DNA from: Atractiella rhizophila
Taxonomy: Eukaryota
Length of the DNA: 64,000 bases
Assembly: GCA_021432655.1 (NCBI GenBank)
Contig: MU271226.1
Span: forward strand, 62,001-126,000
Direction: 5' to 3'
This document shows, piece by piece, positions 26,801-39,572 of the stretch. The translations under genes and the position numbers were made by a program. Every line of letters starts with the position of its first letter. Positions within the stretch are counted from its first letter, which is position 1. Under the pieces are notes generated by a model. The model saw only the letters and a list, made by a program, of their open reading frames with translations, did no database searches and had not been told where the DNA came from.

Positions 26801-27410
26801 TACTTCTTCTTGTTGAAACCAGAAGTCGCCAATAAATATTAAACCCCAAAGATTCTGCTAGGCGAACAATGAGGGTATATACAGTGTGTTATTTTCTGCA
26901 CACGGTAGCCTTTGTCATGAATTTGTGCTTACAGGATTGCAAACCGCCATCATTTGAAGCCAATCTCTACCATCTCCTCTTCCTATTCTCAAACTCAGCC
27001 AAATCACGATCCAGAACTGTTCTAATAATTGCTTTCCCAATGCTGTATTCGTCCGTCTGGGTTTTGAAAGGGACCAAAGGCGATTTGGAATGATGTCCCC
27101 TCAGTGTGCTTCGAAGGGATCAAAAAGTGATTATGGAGGCTGAGATCGCGAGTTGAACGGATGAGTTTGATTCCTTTGACAATCTCTCAGCGCAATAGCT
27201 CTACTTGTCCCACTTCGCCAATCCACTTCCTTGGCCAAATGGCTCCAGGAGGCCAGTGGCACTGAGAAGTTGGGACAGGCGGTTGATCGGTTTGGCGTCG
27301 CGCTCAATCTTCAGTCAGCGAGAAGCTAAGCTATAAGAGCTCTCAGCTTGACGGACATGCTATCCCCAGATCTCGCCATATTAGCGCCACCATAAGCGCA
27401 ACTGCTGGAG

Positions 27411-28891
27411 ATGGCTTCTTCCCCAATAGATGCACCCAATCTTCTAGGTCCCTGGCTTGTTGGAGGTAAGCATTGTTCTTCTTCATTTTGTAGCCAAGCT
27501 AGAGCACTCACTAAGTCTGTATTGAAAGGGATGATTGGAGCCATTTTAATGGGGATGAATGTCACGGAAGCGGGATCCTTTTACTACCACTATCCTAATG
27601 TGAGCTTTTGAATGTATCGATGAGCATATTCTGATACGTCATGACGTATAGGAACGGTGGCCATTGAAAGTTCTAGTTGCTCTCTTACTCGGATTATCAG
27701 TTTCGACAGAATGCTCAGTTATTAGCATCTGCTGGCACTACTTGATAGACGCGCGAAACGACGATGTCAAGGTCATGATTGCGCCTCCAGCCCAAAATTA
27801 TGTGTTTGTCTCGCCTGTCTTCTCTGCTGTGAGTAATCAGCTACCACACTGCAACGAAGTAGACTGGAGCCCTAAATTGATCTATTTAGATTTTTGCGCA
27901 ACTCTTCTTTGGATATCGGTTTGTTTGTTTCAAGGAAGCTGTGGAGGAATTCTAACACTGACCCCCTAGTTGTTGGAGATTCCTCAATAAAGGTCGTTTA
28001 GTCGGGATCGGCTTGTTGCTTCTCATCCTCACACCTTTTATTATCGGGCTTACAAATTAGGCACTCGTTCAAGTCCTGTACCGCGAATTACTCAGTCCCA
28101 ACTCGACAAAGAATCTTGCGGATAAGATAGAGATCACTCTACAACTCTGGTATCTATTTCTTTCTATCTGGCATTTCTACTTGGTGCTGATCAGAAGAAG
28201 GGTATGGACGACCGCTGGCGCCGATTTGACAATTTCAGGCTTGCTCAGTTGGAGAGTTTCAAAGGACCGTAAAGGATTCAATCATAGGTTTGTGCCGCCT
28301 TGACCTCTCGTGAACTATATTGAACATGGCGTCTATAGCACTGACAACCTGTTAATGAGGGTAATCCAGTTGTCACTCACAACTGCCATCATTACCTCGG
28401 TGTGCGCATCGATGGATGCAATCTTAACTGCGATTTACGCTTCCTCGTCCGTCTGCTCCTTTCTGTCTCATGTCACTTCTCTGACTACACTGCCGACATA
28501 GGAACAATGTTTATCTGGTCTTCCTTCTCCAACTCACACACACTTACTCTCTCTCCGTCATTTTCACGCTCAACATTCGCCACACGTGGAAACGAAACTT
28601 GCATTCTCAATCCGATCCTGCTTCTTCAACTCATCGTCCAACAGTCAAAATCACGACTCTAGATCCTTCACAGCATGGAGGGGCAAGGAGCGTCACAGAT
28701 GGGATTAGAGTGCACGTAGCGACGAAGTTCGAGGGCGATGATCATCCTCACGAGCGGGAGAGCTATGTCCTTAAGGTAGCTTTACCCACACCGTACCATA
28801 GCTTTTTAATCATGGTTATTTCGTGTAGGAGGTGAATCTCAAGGAAACGCCGTTCGCGGATGTAGAGAAGGGTCCGCGGTCTCCCCATTAG
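27411..28891 (+). CDS. DUF6534-type multi-pass membrane protein (basidiomycete-expanded family)
   Basis: LLGPWLVG..IGAILMG..YYHYP.ERWPLKVLV, later ADLTISGLLSWR...KGFN..TDNLLMRVIQLSLTTAIITSVCA..D, and the end motif L..L...Y..S....LN.R. Confidence 0.7.
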
Positions 28892-29439
28892 TACTCCTAG
28901 GTTACTGCTTTTCTCGTGTGAGGGGCTGTATAATTATCGCATGTGTCGTTCCCGTCTCTTCGCTCTCGCTCGTTTCTTTCTTCTTAACCGGATATGACCC
29001 TTCGAATCCCAGTTGGTATCCTTAGCTCATGCTCGTATATCTCTCCGGTTATCGTCGTCATAAAAATCTCCAGGTCTGGAATGCTTTTAGTATCGGTATG
29101 CTCTTTGGCTTTTCGCATGTGCCTCAATCGTGGGGAGGGTAGCAAAGATCGGGGTAAATGTACATTTATATTTTTTTGGGAGGAGTTGAACCTCTCGCTA
29201 TCTCGATAAGTAATGCAACAATCTTTCCTACTGGGAATGACAATGCGGTGGTGGAATAATGAAAAACACGAATAGCAATGTTGAATGCAGCACCGGACAG
29301 AACTAAATTGAATTGGAAGAACTGAGGGAAAGGGGAAGGAAGGAAGGGTGAAACAAAAAAGGAACCGGAAGAACCGTAAAAGGCATCGATCGAACGCAAA
29401 CGAGCAGGGTTGAACTGCCTCTATTTATTCTGGATGCGA

Positions 29440-29903
29440 TCAGGCCACTTGGTTGTCACCAAAGAAAGATTTAGAAATCTTGTTGACGAGTTGCATTTTG
29501 TTCCACTGGTCTTGAACCGTGATCTGTCCCATCATTGCGCGTCAGCTTTACCCTTTCATGGAGGGGAAAGTAGTACGGGATGGGGAGATAAAACAAGAGA
29601 AGACGGACCTCGTTCCCATGCACAGTGCTGGCAAACCCGCATTGGGGGCTGATCCCAAGTCCCTCCTTGCTACCAGCCCACTTCTCGGCATCTCTCATCC
29701 TTTGCAACATCCACTCCTCATCTTCCAACTGCGGTACCTTTGAACTGACGATACCCACAACAACGACCTTCTTCCCCTGGTCCTTTATAAACCTCAACGG
29801 CTCGAAATTTCCCGACCTATCATCGTCGAACTCGAGGAAGTACACATCCACATTCAGTTTTTGGAACAAGACCTCCGCAATGCCTTCGTATCCTCCCTCC
29901 GCA
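29440..29903 (-). pseudogene. 5'-truncated duplicate of the MetE-like gene (3' third only)
   Basis: AEGGYEGIAE...ISPQCGFAST; homology is cut at the duplication junction. Confidence 0.85.
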
Positions 29904-30962
29904 TAATCAGCTACCACACTGCAACGAAGTAGACTGGAGCCCTAAATTGATCTATTTAGATTTTTGCGCAACTCTTCTTTGGATATCGGTTTGTTTGTTT
30001 CAAGGAAGCTGTGGAGGAATTCTAACACTGACCCCCTAGTTGTTGGAGATTCCTCAATAAAGGTCGTTTAGTCGGGATCGGCTTGTTGCTTCTCATCCTC
30101 ACACCTTTTATTATCGGGCTTACAAATTAGGCACTCGTTCAAGTCCTGTACCGCGAATTACTCAGTCCCAACTCGACAAAGAATCTTGCGGATAAGATAG
30201 AGATCACTCTACAACTCTGGTATCTATTTCTTTCTATCTGGCATTTCTACTTGGTGCTGATCAGAAGAAGGGTATGGACGACCGCTGGCGCCGATTTGAC
30301 AATTTCAGGCTTGCTCAGTTGGAGAGTTTCAAAGGACCGTAAAGGATTCAATCATAGGTTTGTGCCGCCTTGACCTCTCGTGAACTATATTGAACATGGC
30401 GTCTATAGCACTGACAACCTGTTAATGAGGGTAATCCAGTTGTCACTCACAACTGCCATCATTACCTCGGTGTGCGCATCGATGGATGCAATCTTAACTG
30501 CGATTTACGCTTCCTCGTCCGTCTGCTCCTTTCTGTCTCATGTCACTTCTCTGACTACACTGCCGACATAGGAACAATGTTTATCTGGTCTTCCTTCTCC
30601 AACTCACACACACTTACTCTCTCTCCGTCATTTTCACGCTCAACATTCGCCACACGTGGAAACGAAACTTGCATTCTCAATCCGATCCTGCTTCTTCAAC
30701 TCATCGTCCAACAGTCAAAATCACGACTCTAGATCCTTCACAGCATGGAGGGGCAAGGAGCGTCACAGATGGGATTAGAGTGCACGTAGCGACGAAGTTC
30801 GAGGGCGATGATCATCCTCACGAGCGGGAGAGCTATGTCCTTAAGGTAGGCTTTACCCACAACGTACCATGGCTTTTTAATCATGGTTATTCCGTGTAGG
30901 AGGTGAATCTCAAGGAAACGCCGTTCGCGGATGTAGAGAAGGGTCCGCGGTCTCCCCATTAG
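29904..30962 (+). pseudogene. 5'-truncated duplicate of the DUF6534-type gene
   Basis: Near-identical to 27834-28891 but lacks the first exons and promoter. Confidence 0.85.
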
Positions 30963-31510
30963 TACTCCTAGGTTACTGCTTTTCTCGTGTGAGGGGCTGT
31001 ATAATTATCGCATGTGTCGTTCCCGTCTCTTCGCTCTCGCTCGTTTCTTTCTTCTTAACCGGATATGACCCTTCGAATCCCAGTTGGTATCCTTAGCTCA
31101 TGCTCGTATATCTCTCCGGTTATCGTCGTCATAAAAATCTCCAGGTCTGGAATGCTTTTAGTATCGGTATGCTCTTTGGCTTTTGGCAAGTGCCTCAATC
31201 GTGGGGAGGGTAGCAAAGATCGGGGTAAATGTACATTTATATTTTTTTGGGAGGAGTTGAACCTCTCGCTATCTCGATAAGTAATGCAACAATCTTTCCT
31301 ACTGGGAATGACAATGCGGTGGTGGAATAATGAAAAACACGAATAGCAATGTTGAATGCAGCACCGGACAGAACTAAATTGAATTGGAAGAACTGAGGGG
31401 AAGTGTGAGTGATGTAGGGTTGAACTACACATGTATCGTGATGATCGTTAAAGGCATCGATCGAACGCAAACGAGCAGGGTTGAACTGCCTCTATTTATT
31501 CTGGATGCGA

Positions 31511-32940
31511 TCAGGCCACTTGGTTGTCACCAAAGAAGGATTTAGAAATCTTGTTGACGAGTTGCATTTTGTTCCACTGGTCTTGAACCGTGATCTGTTC
31601 CATCATTGCGCGTCAGCTTTACCCTTTCATGGAGGGGAAAGTAGTGCTGGATGGGGAGATAAAACAAGAGAAGACGGACCTCGTTCCCATGCACTGTGCT
31701 GGCAAACCCGCATTGGGGACTGATTCCAAGTCTCTCCTTGCTACCAGCCCACTTCTCGGCATCTCTCATCCTTTGCAACATCCTCTCCTCATCTTCCAAC
31801 TGCGGTACCTTTGAACTGATGATACCCACAACAACAACCTTCTTCCCCTGGTCCTTTATAAACCTCAACGGCTCGAAATTTCCCGACCTATCATCGTCGA
31901 ACTCGAGGAAGTACACATCCACATTCAGTTTTTGGAACAAGACCTCCGCAATGCCTTCGTATCCTCCCTCCGCAAAATGTTTGCTCCTGAAATTGCCCCT
32001 GCAGAGGTGGATCCCAATTGTGACGTCTTCGGGTACCCCTTGGAGTGAGGAATTAATCAGTTCGGCGTATTGGAGAGGGAGGGTGTTGAGGTCTTCCCCT
32101 CGTGAGGCCGCCGCTTTTCGCATGGCGGGATCGAGGAGGTAGGCTAGGTTGGTGTCGTCCAGTTGGATGAATTTGCAGCCGGCAGCCACGAGAGAGGCGA
32201 TTTCTTCTCGCCAGACTTGGGCTAGGTCCGTAAAGAACTCGTCGAGCTGTGACATTGCCATTTTAGTTCTTTCAAGTGAGAGTGTGAGAAAAGACTTACT
32301 GAGGGGTAAGATTCGATGGAGATGCTTGCTCTTCCACCTCTGAAATGCACCTACTCATCCAATGATGCATCAATAAGAGTTCGACACAAAAAGGAGGAAA
32401 GCAGGAGGATGGGAAAGAAAAAACACACCATAGTAGGCGAAGGAATGGCCACCTTCACCACCTCGTCCTCCTTCGCCAACGATTGCAAAAACTTGAAATC
32501 TTCAAGCTGGATCGGCTTCTCCCACTGCAACTTTCCGGTCACAGAGAGCGTTGGAGGGCTCGTATGCGTCTTATCCTCGCTCGGCAGATTGTTTTCTACG
32601 ACGGTAACTCCTCCTACGTTCCTCAAAAAGTCGAGATGGAAATATTCCCTCCTTCAACCCCAACTCAATCAATAATCACTTCACCTCTACACTTTCATAT
32701 TCTTCGACCTCCACTCAACAAGGGATAAGAAACGCACCTGAATTCCCCATCGCTGATCGTCTTCACTCCAGCCCTCCTCAAATCCTCCACCAACTCCCTA
32801 ATAGCCACATCCTCGACCTTCCTCAACGCCACATAGTCAATTTCCCCCGCTTTAAACTGCGCGCGAGCCTTGTGAATTGCAGGGGGACGCAAGAACGATC
32901 CGACGTGGTTCGCGCGGTGGAGGTTCAGTTTGGGAGACAT
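31511..32940 (-). CDS. Cobalamin-independent methionine synthase-like protein (single MetE catalytic barrel, YxjH-type)
   Basis: RANHVGSFLRP, ISDGEFR, QLDDTNLAYL, Zn ligands HLCRGN, FLEFDDDRSGNFEPL, ISPQCGFAST. Confidence 0.92.
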
Positions 32941-33388
32941 GTCGTTGTTGCTCTATCGTGCTTTCGGGGTGCTGTAGGTCTGTAGGTCTATGGTGATGAT
33001 AGTTCTGAGGCTGAGATCGATGGAGGGGCTGGGGAGGACGAAGTTTTTGGGAAAGCGTTTATGCGATTTGAAATGGCGGGAAGAACAGAGGACGCGTCTC
33101 GTCGCGTCACGTTACTGTAGAATAAGCTGGAACATTCCCACCTGGAACGCTCTCAAGTTCTTACTGTGAACGAAGAATAATGAAACTTGGAGGGACGGAG
33201 TGACAGAGAGCTGTTAGTGAGAAAGACGAAGGATATTGACATTTGATATTTTGATGTACTGCGGTCTGCTTCTTGAGTCTACTTTACAATTAAGTCTCTG
33301 ATGCTTAGACATGCTTTTGGTTGCTCACAAAATAAAAGACGCACATAGTGGTACGGATCATGGATGGAGAAAGTGGGAGAATGTAGGA

Positions 33389-34432
33389 TTAGGCATAGAT
33401 GAAATTGTACCTCGACAGTAGGTGAGGGATTGCTGCTAACTGGGGTCCATACCTGTCGTCAACAATTCCATCGTTATTCTACCATTCTCATATTCCATAG
33501 GGATGGGGAACGCACCTGACGCTGTTATCATATAACTCGAAGAGGGGAATAGCGAGCAGCTTCATGTTCTTTGGCACGGAGAGGATCTCTGCGTTTTACA
33601 ATGTCAGTGAAATAAACAGAACCTGCAAAAGAAGGAAGGAAATCATACTCCTCTCTGGAAGCTGTACGAGGTAAAGCAACTTGCATTCCTTCGGTTTCGT
33701 GATATGCGCAGGGACGTAAGGATACTGCATCCGCATTCCGCCAGCGACACAATCCATCAGCGCCGCCCACCTCCATTGCAACGCTACGCTTGACGAAAGA
33801 GAAAGAGTGCGCACCATGAATGTCTCGAAGTTCGGTCGCCACCACTGTGCTAGACAATCTCCAATCTCCCAATCTCCATCTCCTTCGCCTCCTCCAAACC
33901 CACTCCCTTCCTCACCACCAGCACCTCCCTCCTCCGGCCCCAACCGCTCGTTCAGGCGGGCTTTCAGGCCTTCAACGTCGGACGTAGCTGGTGGAAGGTA
34001 GTCTCCAGGTCTATCACCACAACACCCAGCGTCACACATGCACACCACCAAACCACACCACATATCGAGTACCAGTTGACCTAATGCTCGAGAAGGAGAG
34101 GGAAGTGGACGACGAACAGTTTGAAGAAGGCATTAGCGATCTGGAGCATCAAGATGTGCGGATGCCCATGTTCGTGCACCACCAACACGCCTTCCACCGT
34201 CCTGCGCATCCCATAATCCTCGTAGTTGTTCGCTAGTCGTTGCAGCCGTGAAGAGACGGATGGGTCCTCTTCTGGCTGGGAAGACTTGGTGCCGAATGTG
34301 TAGTTGCCTTTTTGGGTGTCAGGAGCGGGATAAGGAAAGATTAGGACGGACTGAGTGGATATCTGGTGCGGATGGTGTTAGGAAGAGCAGGAGGAGGAAG
34401 TAGTCAACGCACAGAGTTAGTGTGGATGTCAT
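33389..34432 (-). CDS. CPSF5: Cleavage factor Im 25 kDa subunit (CPSF5/NUDT21)
   Basis: [109 protein letters not shown]. Contains an 11-nt microexon. Confidence 0.96.
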
Positions 34433-34727
34433 CTCTCCTTAAGTCACTAGGAAGCAGAGGAGTTTTGAGACTGCACTATGGTGTATGCCTGTCGAAGAAA
34501 GTATGAGAGCAAAGGAAAGCTTTCGCGTTCAACAATAACACACAAATGTTTTGTGCGAGGCACGTGACAGTGCGTGCATTGCGTTGCTGCAGGTACGCAA
34601 TTTGAAACGAAGAGACAAAGAAACGATCGAATTTTCTGGAAGCCATCTTGCTTTCGTCTGTGTATAAACCGCGCGCACTGGCAGCGAACGTCCACCAGCA
34701 CCTTCACTAGCTAGCAGCAAGCAGAAC

Positions 34728-35692
34728 ATGTCAGATCCCACACCATCAGCAGCCCCAGTCGATCCCAAGCCACGCATTCGGTACGCTCTTTCACTGTCAC
34801 CTGCACAAGACATCTCACCATGCACAATGAACGTAAATGGTGTGGTGTGGGTGTGGATGTGGATTGGATAAAGACACGAATGGTACCAGACCGACACCCA
34901 CATCTACATCAGCATCTTCATCCGTTCCGTCCCTCCATCCACCTCTCAAGACGTCGTCACCCTCACCGCTAGCTCCTTACATCTCTCCTTACCGTCGCCC
35001 GCATCCCCTGGGAGCACAGTCGAGTTCTTGATCGAGCCTCTGGCGCATGAGGTGAAGCCGGAGACGAAGGTCGTCAGGTTCTTGACTCCGAAGGTGGAGG
35101 TTGCGGTTGAGAAGAAGGACAGGGGAAACAGATGGGGAGTTTTGGAAGGTGCGTTGACCAACACCCCATTAAGAAGAGGATGCATGTTTATGGAGTTGAT
35201 GTGGTTGTAGGAGAGGAGAAGGTGGTTTCGAAGATGGCGGAGGGAAGTGATGGTGGAAGGGGTTATCCGACGAGCAGCAAGAAGAAGACGAATTGGGATG
35301 CGTTGGAGGCTGAACAGATCAAGGAGGAGGATCAAGGTCCCGATAAGGACGATCCAAACACTGGAGGCGATCGAGAACTTAACAGGTTCGTCTCTTCCAT
35401 CCTATCCCTATCCCTCTCAATCAGTTGTTACTCCCTGCAGCGAGCGAAATATTGATGGACGGACGATAGGTTGTTCCAGAAATTGTACAAGGGAGCGACG
35501 GACGAACAGAGGCTGGCGATGATGAAATCTTACCAGGAATCGAATGGCACGGCTCTGAGCACGAATTGGGATGAGGTCAGGAAGGGAAAGGTGGAGACTA
35601 AGCCGCCAGATGTACGTCTTTGCTTTCCCATCTTGGTGTGCTTTGCTGATGTCGGTGGGTAGGGAATGATCGCGAAGAAGTGGAACCAGTGA
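34728..35692 (+). CDS. SGT1: Hsp90 co-chaperone SGT1 (CS + SGS domains)
   Basis: IRHEWYQT, KVEVAVEKK, YPTSSKKKTNWD, LFQKLYKGATDEQRLAMMKSYQESNGTALSTNWDEV. Confidence 0.95.
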
Positions 35693-36146
35693 GGGTTCAA
35701 TACGCAGGGCTCATTTGTTAGTGGGAGGAGGGATGGGAACGAGACGAAATGTGTAAGGATGAATGTCTGTCTGACTATCTGAAAACTCCAAGGGCAATTG
35801 TTGCATGAAAATATGTTGGTAAAATTAAATCCTTGTGCGAACTTTTCTACCAATACCATGACGAGCGACCGAGACTCACGACACTGCTCCTCCCCCCTTC
35901 CCTTTCATGAACCGCACAACATTTGGAAAGGCGTGACAAAGTAGCCGGTTGAGAGAAAGACATCAGATTGATTATCCGGTCTTTCGGTTCTTTACCCCGC
36001 ACACCCGCACGCTGTTCCGGCGACCTCAAAAGCAAGACAAAGCTGAAGGCATGCCTCCTCCACTCCACACAAAACCGCGACGACGACGACTGACGACTCC
36101 TAACGAACGATTATTGGCTTCGTGAAGAAACGCAGAATCTCAAGAG

Positions 36147-39100
36147 ATGTCCTTCGACCCCTCCACTGGACTTTACACGTCCAAATATGCAGATATCCCC
36201 ATCCCCACCAACGAGTCCATCTACACCTTCCTCTTCTCTCCCTCCTCCTCCACTTCTCCTCATCATGAACACGACCCAAAAGCAAACGACAAACCGCTGC
36301 TAATATCCTCCTCCGAGCCATACTCGCTCACGCGCACCCAGGCGAAAGAGAGGACGGATGCAGTCGCTGGCGTGTTCTGGAAGCTGTTTGGTGTGGGAGA
36401 GGACGACGTCGTTGCGGTCTATAGTCCGAATGAAGTCGATTATGGACCGGTTTGTTGGGCGACCCATCGGTTGGGCGCGGTGGTGAGTCCGGCCAATCCG
36501 GGGTATGGGAGGGGAGAGTTGGAGTATCAGATCGAGACTGGTGAGTGTTTTGTTTCGGTTGTTAGATGAGAGAAAACGGAGAGATGTGGTGCTGCTTTGT
36601 GTACCTGTTGAAGAGAGGCATCATCTTCTTGATTGTGGGCTTTTCAATTCAAAGAGCCTTATCTCTCTTACCTTGACGTAATGTGAGCGGGAGAGGGTAA
36701 TGCAGACGATAGGAGGATTGATTTACGTCGTCCATTACAGCAAAGCATCAGTCGACCAGACAGCGAGGAACATCTATGAGCTCCTTGCCAAAAAAATGAT
36801 CTGCAGGGCTATGAAACTATGCAGCCTACTTATTTGCCTCGTCTTTGCCCAGAGAGAAGTCCTGCATAACGACACTGATGTGTCCATATGCCGAAGTTGG
36901 GCATTATACTTCTGCGGCCTTTGGCCTAGTATGATGGTCCTTATGCAGAGTGCGTTTATGCAAGTTTATGAGGAATGTGCACACGATCTGTGTGCCTGCT
37001 TGTGCAAAACGAATTTACTTTATTCACTTGGCGAAGATGGTGAGCTACCGAATCATCGCGAGAACACTTCGAGCTCCAACTAGAGTTTCAAGCTAATCAG
37101 ACTCAGCGATTGTTCTGGAGGAGGGATGCTTCGTTGCAGAGCAAATCATGACGTGAATGAGAGGAACGATCGCTCGTCACCTATCCCACGGGTGAGATCT
37201 GTTAGCAGGGGATATCTCAGTATCACAACATCCTGGATCGTTGATACTATATGATTCACCGAGCTCGCTTTGGCCTTTCGAACTTGAAATATGATGCTGA
37301 TCCCAATGTGCAGTTTCGAAACACCATCCGGTCAAATTGCTTCTCGTTTCACCCACCCCAGCTTGTCTCTCCGTCATCAAGGACCTCCGCTTTCCTCGAG
37401 ATCGAATAGTCCTGATTTCCGGTCCATCGCTCCCTGAGCATGGGTTGAAGTCACTAAATGACTTGGTTTCTGAATGCAAGGGGAAAATAAAGGAGACGGA
37501 GATACCTTTGAGGAAGTTCAAAGAAGGAGAGGCGCAGACGAAACTCGCCTTTTTGAGTTTTTCGAGGTTTGTTTCCTTCTTTGAGTGTGTATACAGTTTG
37601 ATGAAGGACGCAGTGGAACGACTGGACTTCCTAAGGCGGTATCAATACCTCATGTTTCCGTGATCGCCAATATCCTCCAGGTTTCTGATATCAGGAAGCT
37701 GGACCACCGGTTAACAGACGAGGACAAAGCTCTGGCGGTACTGGTAAGCGTTCTATAACGTTCTGTGAGACCGCTAACGCTGTTTGGGCTCAGCCATTCT
37801 ACCATATTTACGGGTTAGTTTCCTTGGTTAGACATGAAGAATGAGCTCACGTTAGAAAAGGCTCGTCGTTATCCTTCATTGCAACTTCTACAACTCTACA
37901 CCTGTGCGGTGCCTCCAACCTGTAATATTTCGCTGACGACATTCACAGATCGTGATTATGCGTCAGTTCACTCTAGAAGGCATGCTTCAAGCGATATCCC
38001 ACCACCGATTATCCTATCTCTTTCTCGTCCCGCCACAGTTGGTCCTGATGGCCAAAAGCCCCTTGACTGACAAGTACGACTTGTCGTGCGCTAAGTTCGT
38101 GATGACGGGAGCTGCACCGCTCACGGACGAGATTGCGCTCAATTTCAAGAAGAAGTTCCCGAACGTCTTCTGTGGCCAAGGATATGGCATGACGGAAACC
38201 TGCACCGTCATCACTTACCCTCATCCACTCCGTCCAGTTTCGGCTTCCGCTGGTGTTCTTGTGTGCAACATCACTTGCAAAGTAGTTTCAAGCGAAACAG
38301 GTTCGCCATTTCTGTTCATAACGAACAGGATAACCGTTGAAGGATTGATGATTAGGGAAACTGTGCAAACCGTACGAAAGGGGAGAACTGTGGTCGAAAT
38401 CGCCTTCGAACGCCATCAATTATTTGGGAAATCAGAAGGCAACGGCTGAAACGTTCGACGACGAAGGCTTTGTACACAGTGAGTAGCTTTCTGACCCGAG
38501 AGATGTCAGCTGACAATATGGTAGCTGGAGATGAAGTATATTTTTGTGACGAGGGCAACTTATACGTGACAGATCGAATAAAGGCATGTAGTTTCAACCA
38601 AAACTGCTGAGTGATGTACTGACTCTGTCGTAATAGGAGCTGTACGTCCTTGAAGTTGGTGATATTCTGCTGGCTGACAGTATTGTTTATTGAAGTATAA
38701 AGTCGAAAGGGTACCAGGTCGCTCCAGCAGAGTTAGAAGTATGTTAACCTCTGATGCGTCGGCATATTTACTCATCCATCATAGGGACATTTATTGGGAC
38801 ATCCGGACGTGATGGACGCCGGAGTAATTGGCGTGCATGATGACTACGCAGGCGAGGTATGATTTCTGTGAAGAATTGTGGTGATACTAATCTGATTGAT
38901 GGCTGTAGGTTGCGAAGGGTACGCCGACAACCTCTCATTTCCAACAGATCTTCTTTCCTAATTTGTTGAACAGCCTTCGTTGTGCTCACTCCGAATGCCA
39001 AGGAGCTCGCTTCCAAGTCTATAGACGCTGATGAGGAAATGAAGCGTTCGATCAAGAAGCATGTCTCGGACCATAAAACGAGATACAAGCATCTTGACGG

Positions 39101-39305
39101 TGGTGTTGCGTTCGTGGAAGCTATTCCTAAGAATCCAGTGCGCCATTTTCGTTGTCTCGTGGACCAGTGCTGACTGCTACTGTTCAGTCTGGGAAGATAC
39201 TTAGACGTCTCCGTATGTTGTCTTTTTTCCTTTAATCCGCTCGAACTGATGGTGTGCGTAGTGAGGGAAATGCAGAAGAGAGGGGAACGGAAATCAAAGC
39301 TTTGA
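36147..39305 (+). CDS. 4-coumarate:CoA ligase-like AMP-binding enzyme with C-terminal SKL (peroxisomal)
   Basis: FSSGTTGLPKAV, PFYHIYGL, QGYGMTET, TGDE, DRIKELIK.KGYQVAPAELE, IPKNPSGKILRR, KSKL*. First intron 36541-37313 is 773 nt. Confidence 0.93.
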
Positions 39306-39572
39306 ATGTGGTTCAGATTGTGACAAGCCAGCAATTCTGAAATTCAAACAGAACACGACAACTTGCTTTCCTGCTGTGCATTTGGCTTGTTTGAGATTGA
39401 CGGTGATTATAATTACCGTTCTCGTCACGCATCAACCAAGTGCAGCTCGCCGATAGCGAGCACCTCAACAATAAGGTTACGTCGCAAGCTTGTGATTGAA
39501 AACAACTACGTCACGCCTTGCCTTGCTATACAGAGTGATTTCCAGAGTAATTTCTACCATTTTCGACTCGTC

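Larger units (their letters stand above)
27834..31974. repeat. Direct tandem duplication: copy 1 27834-29903, copy 2 29904-31974
   Basis: TAATCAGCTACCACACTGC recurs at 27834 and 29904. The first ~940 bp are identical, then there are scattered SNPs and a 1-nt indel. Confidence 0.97.
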
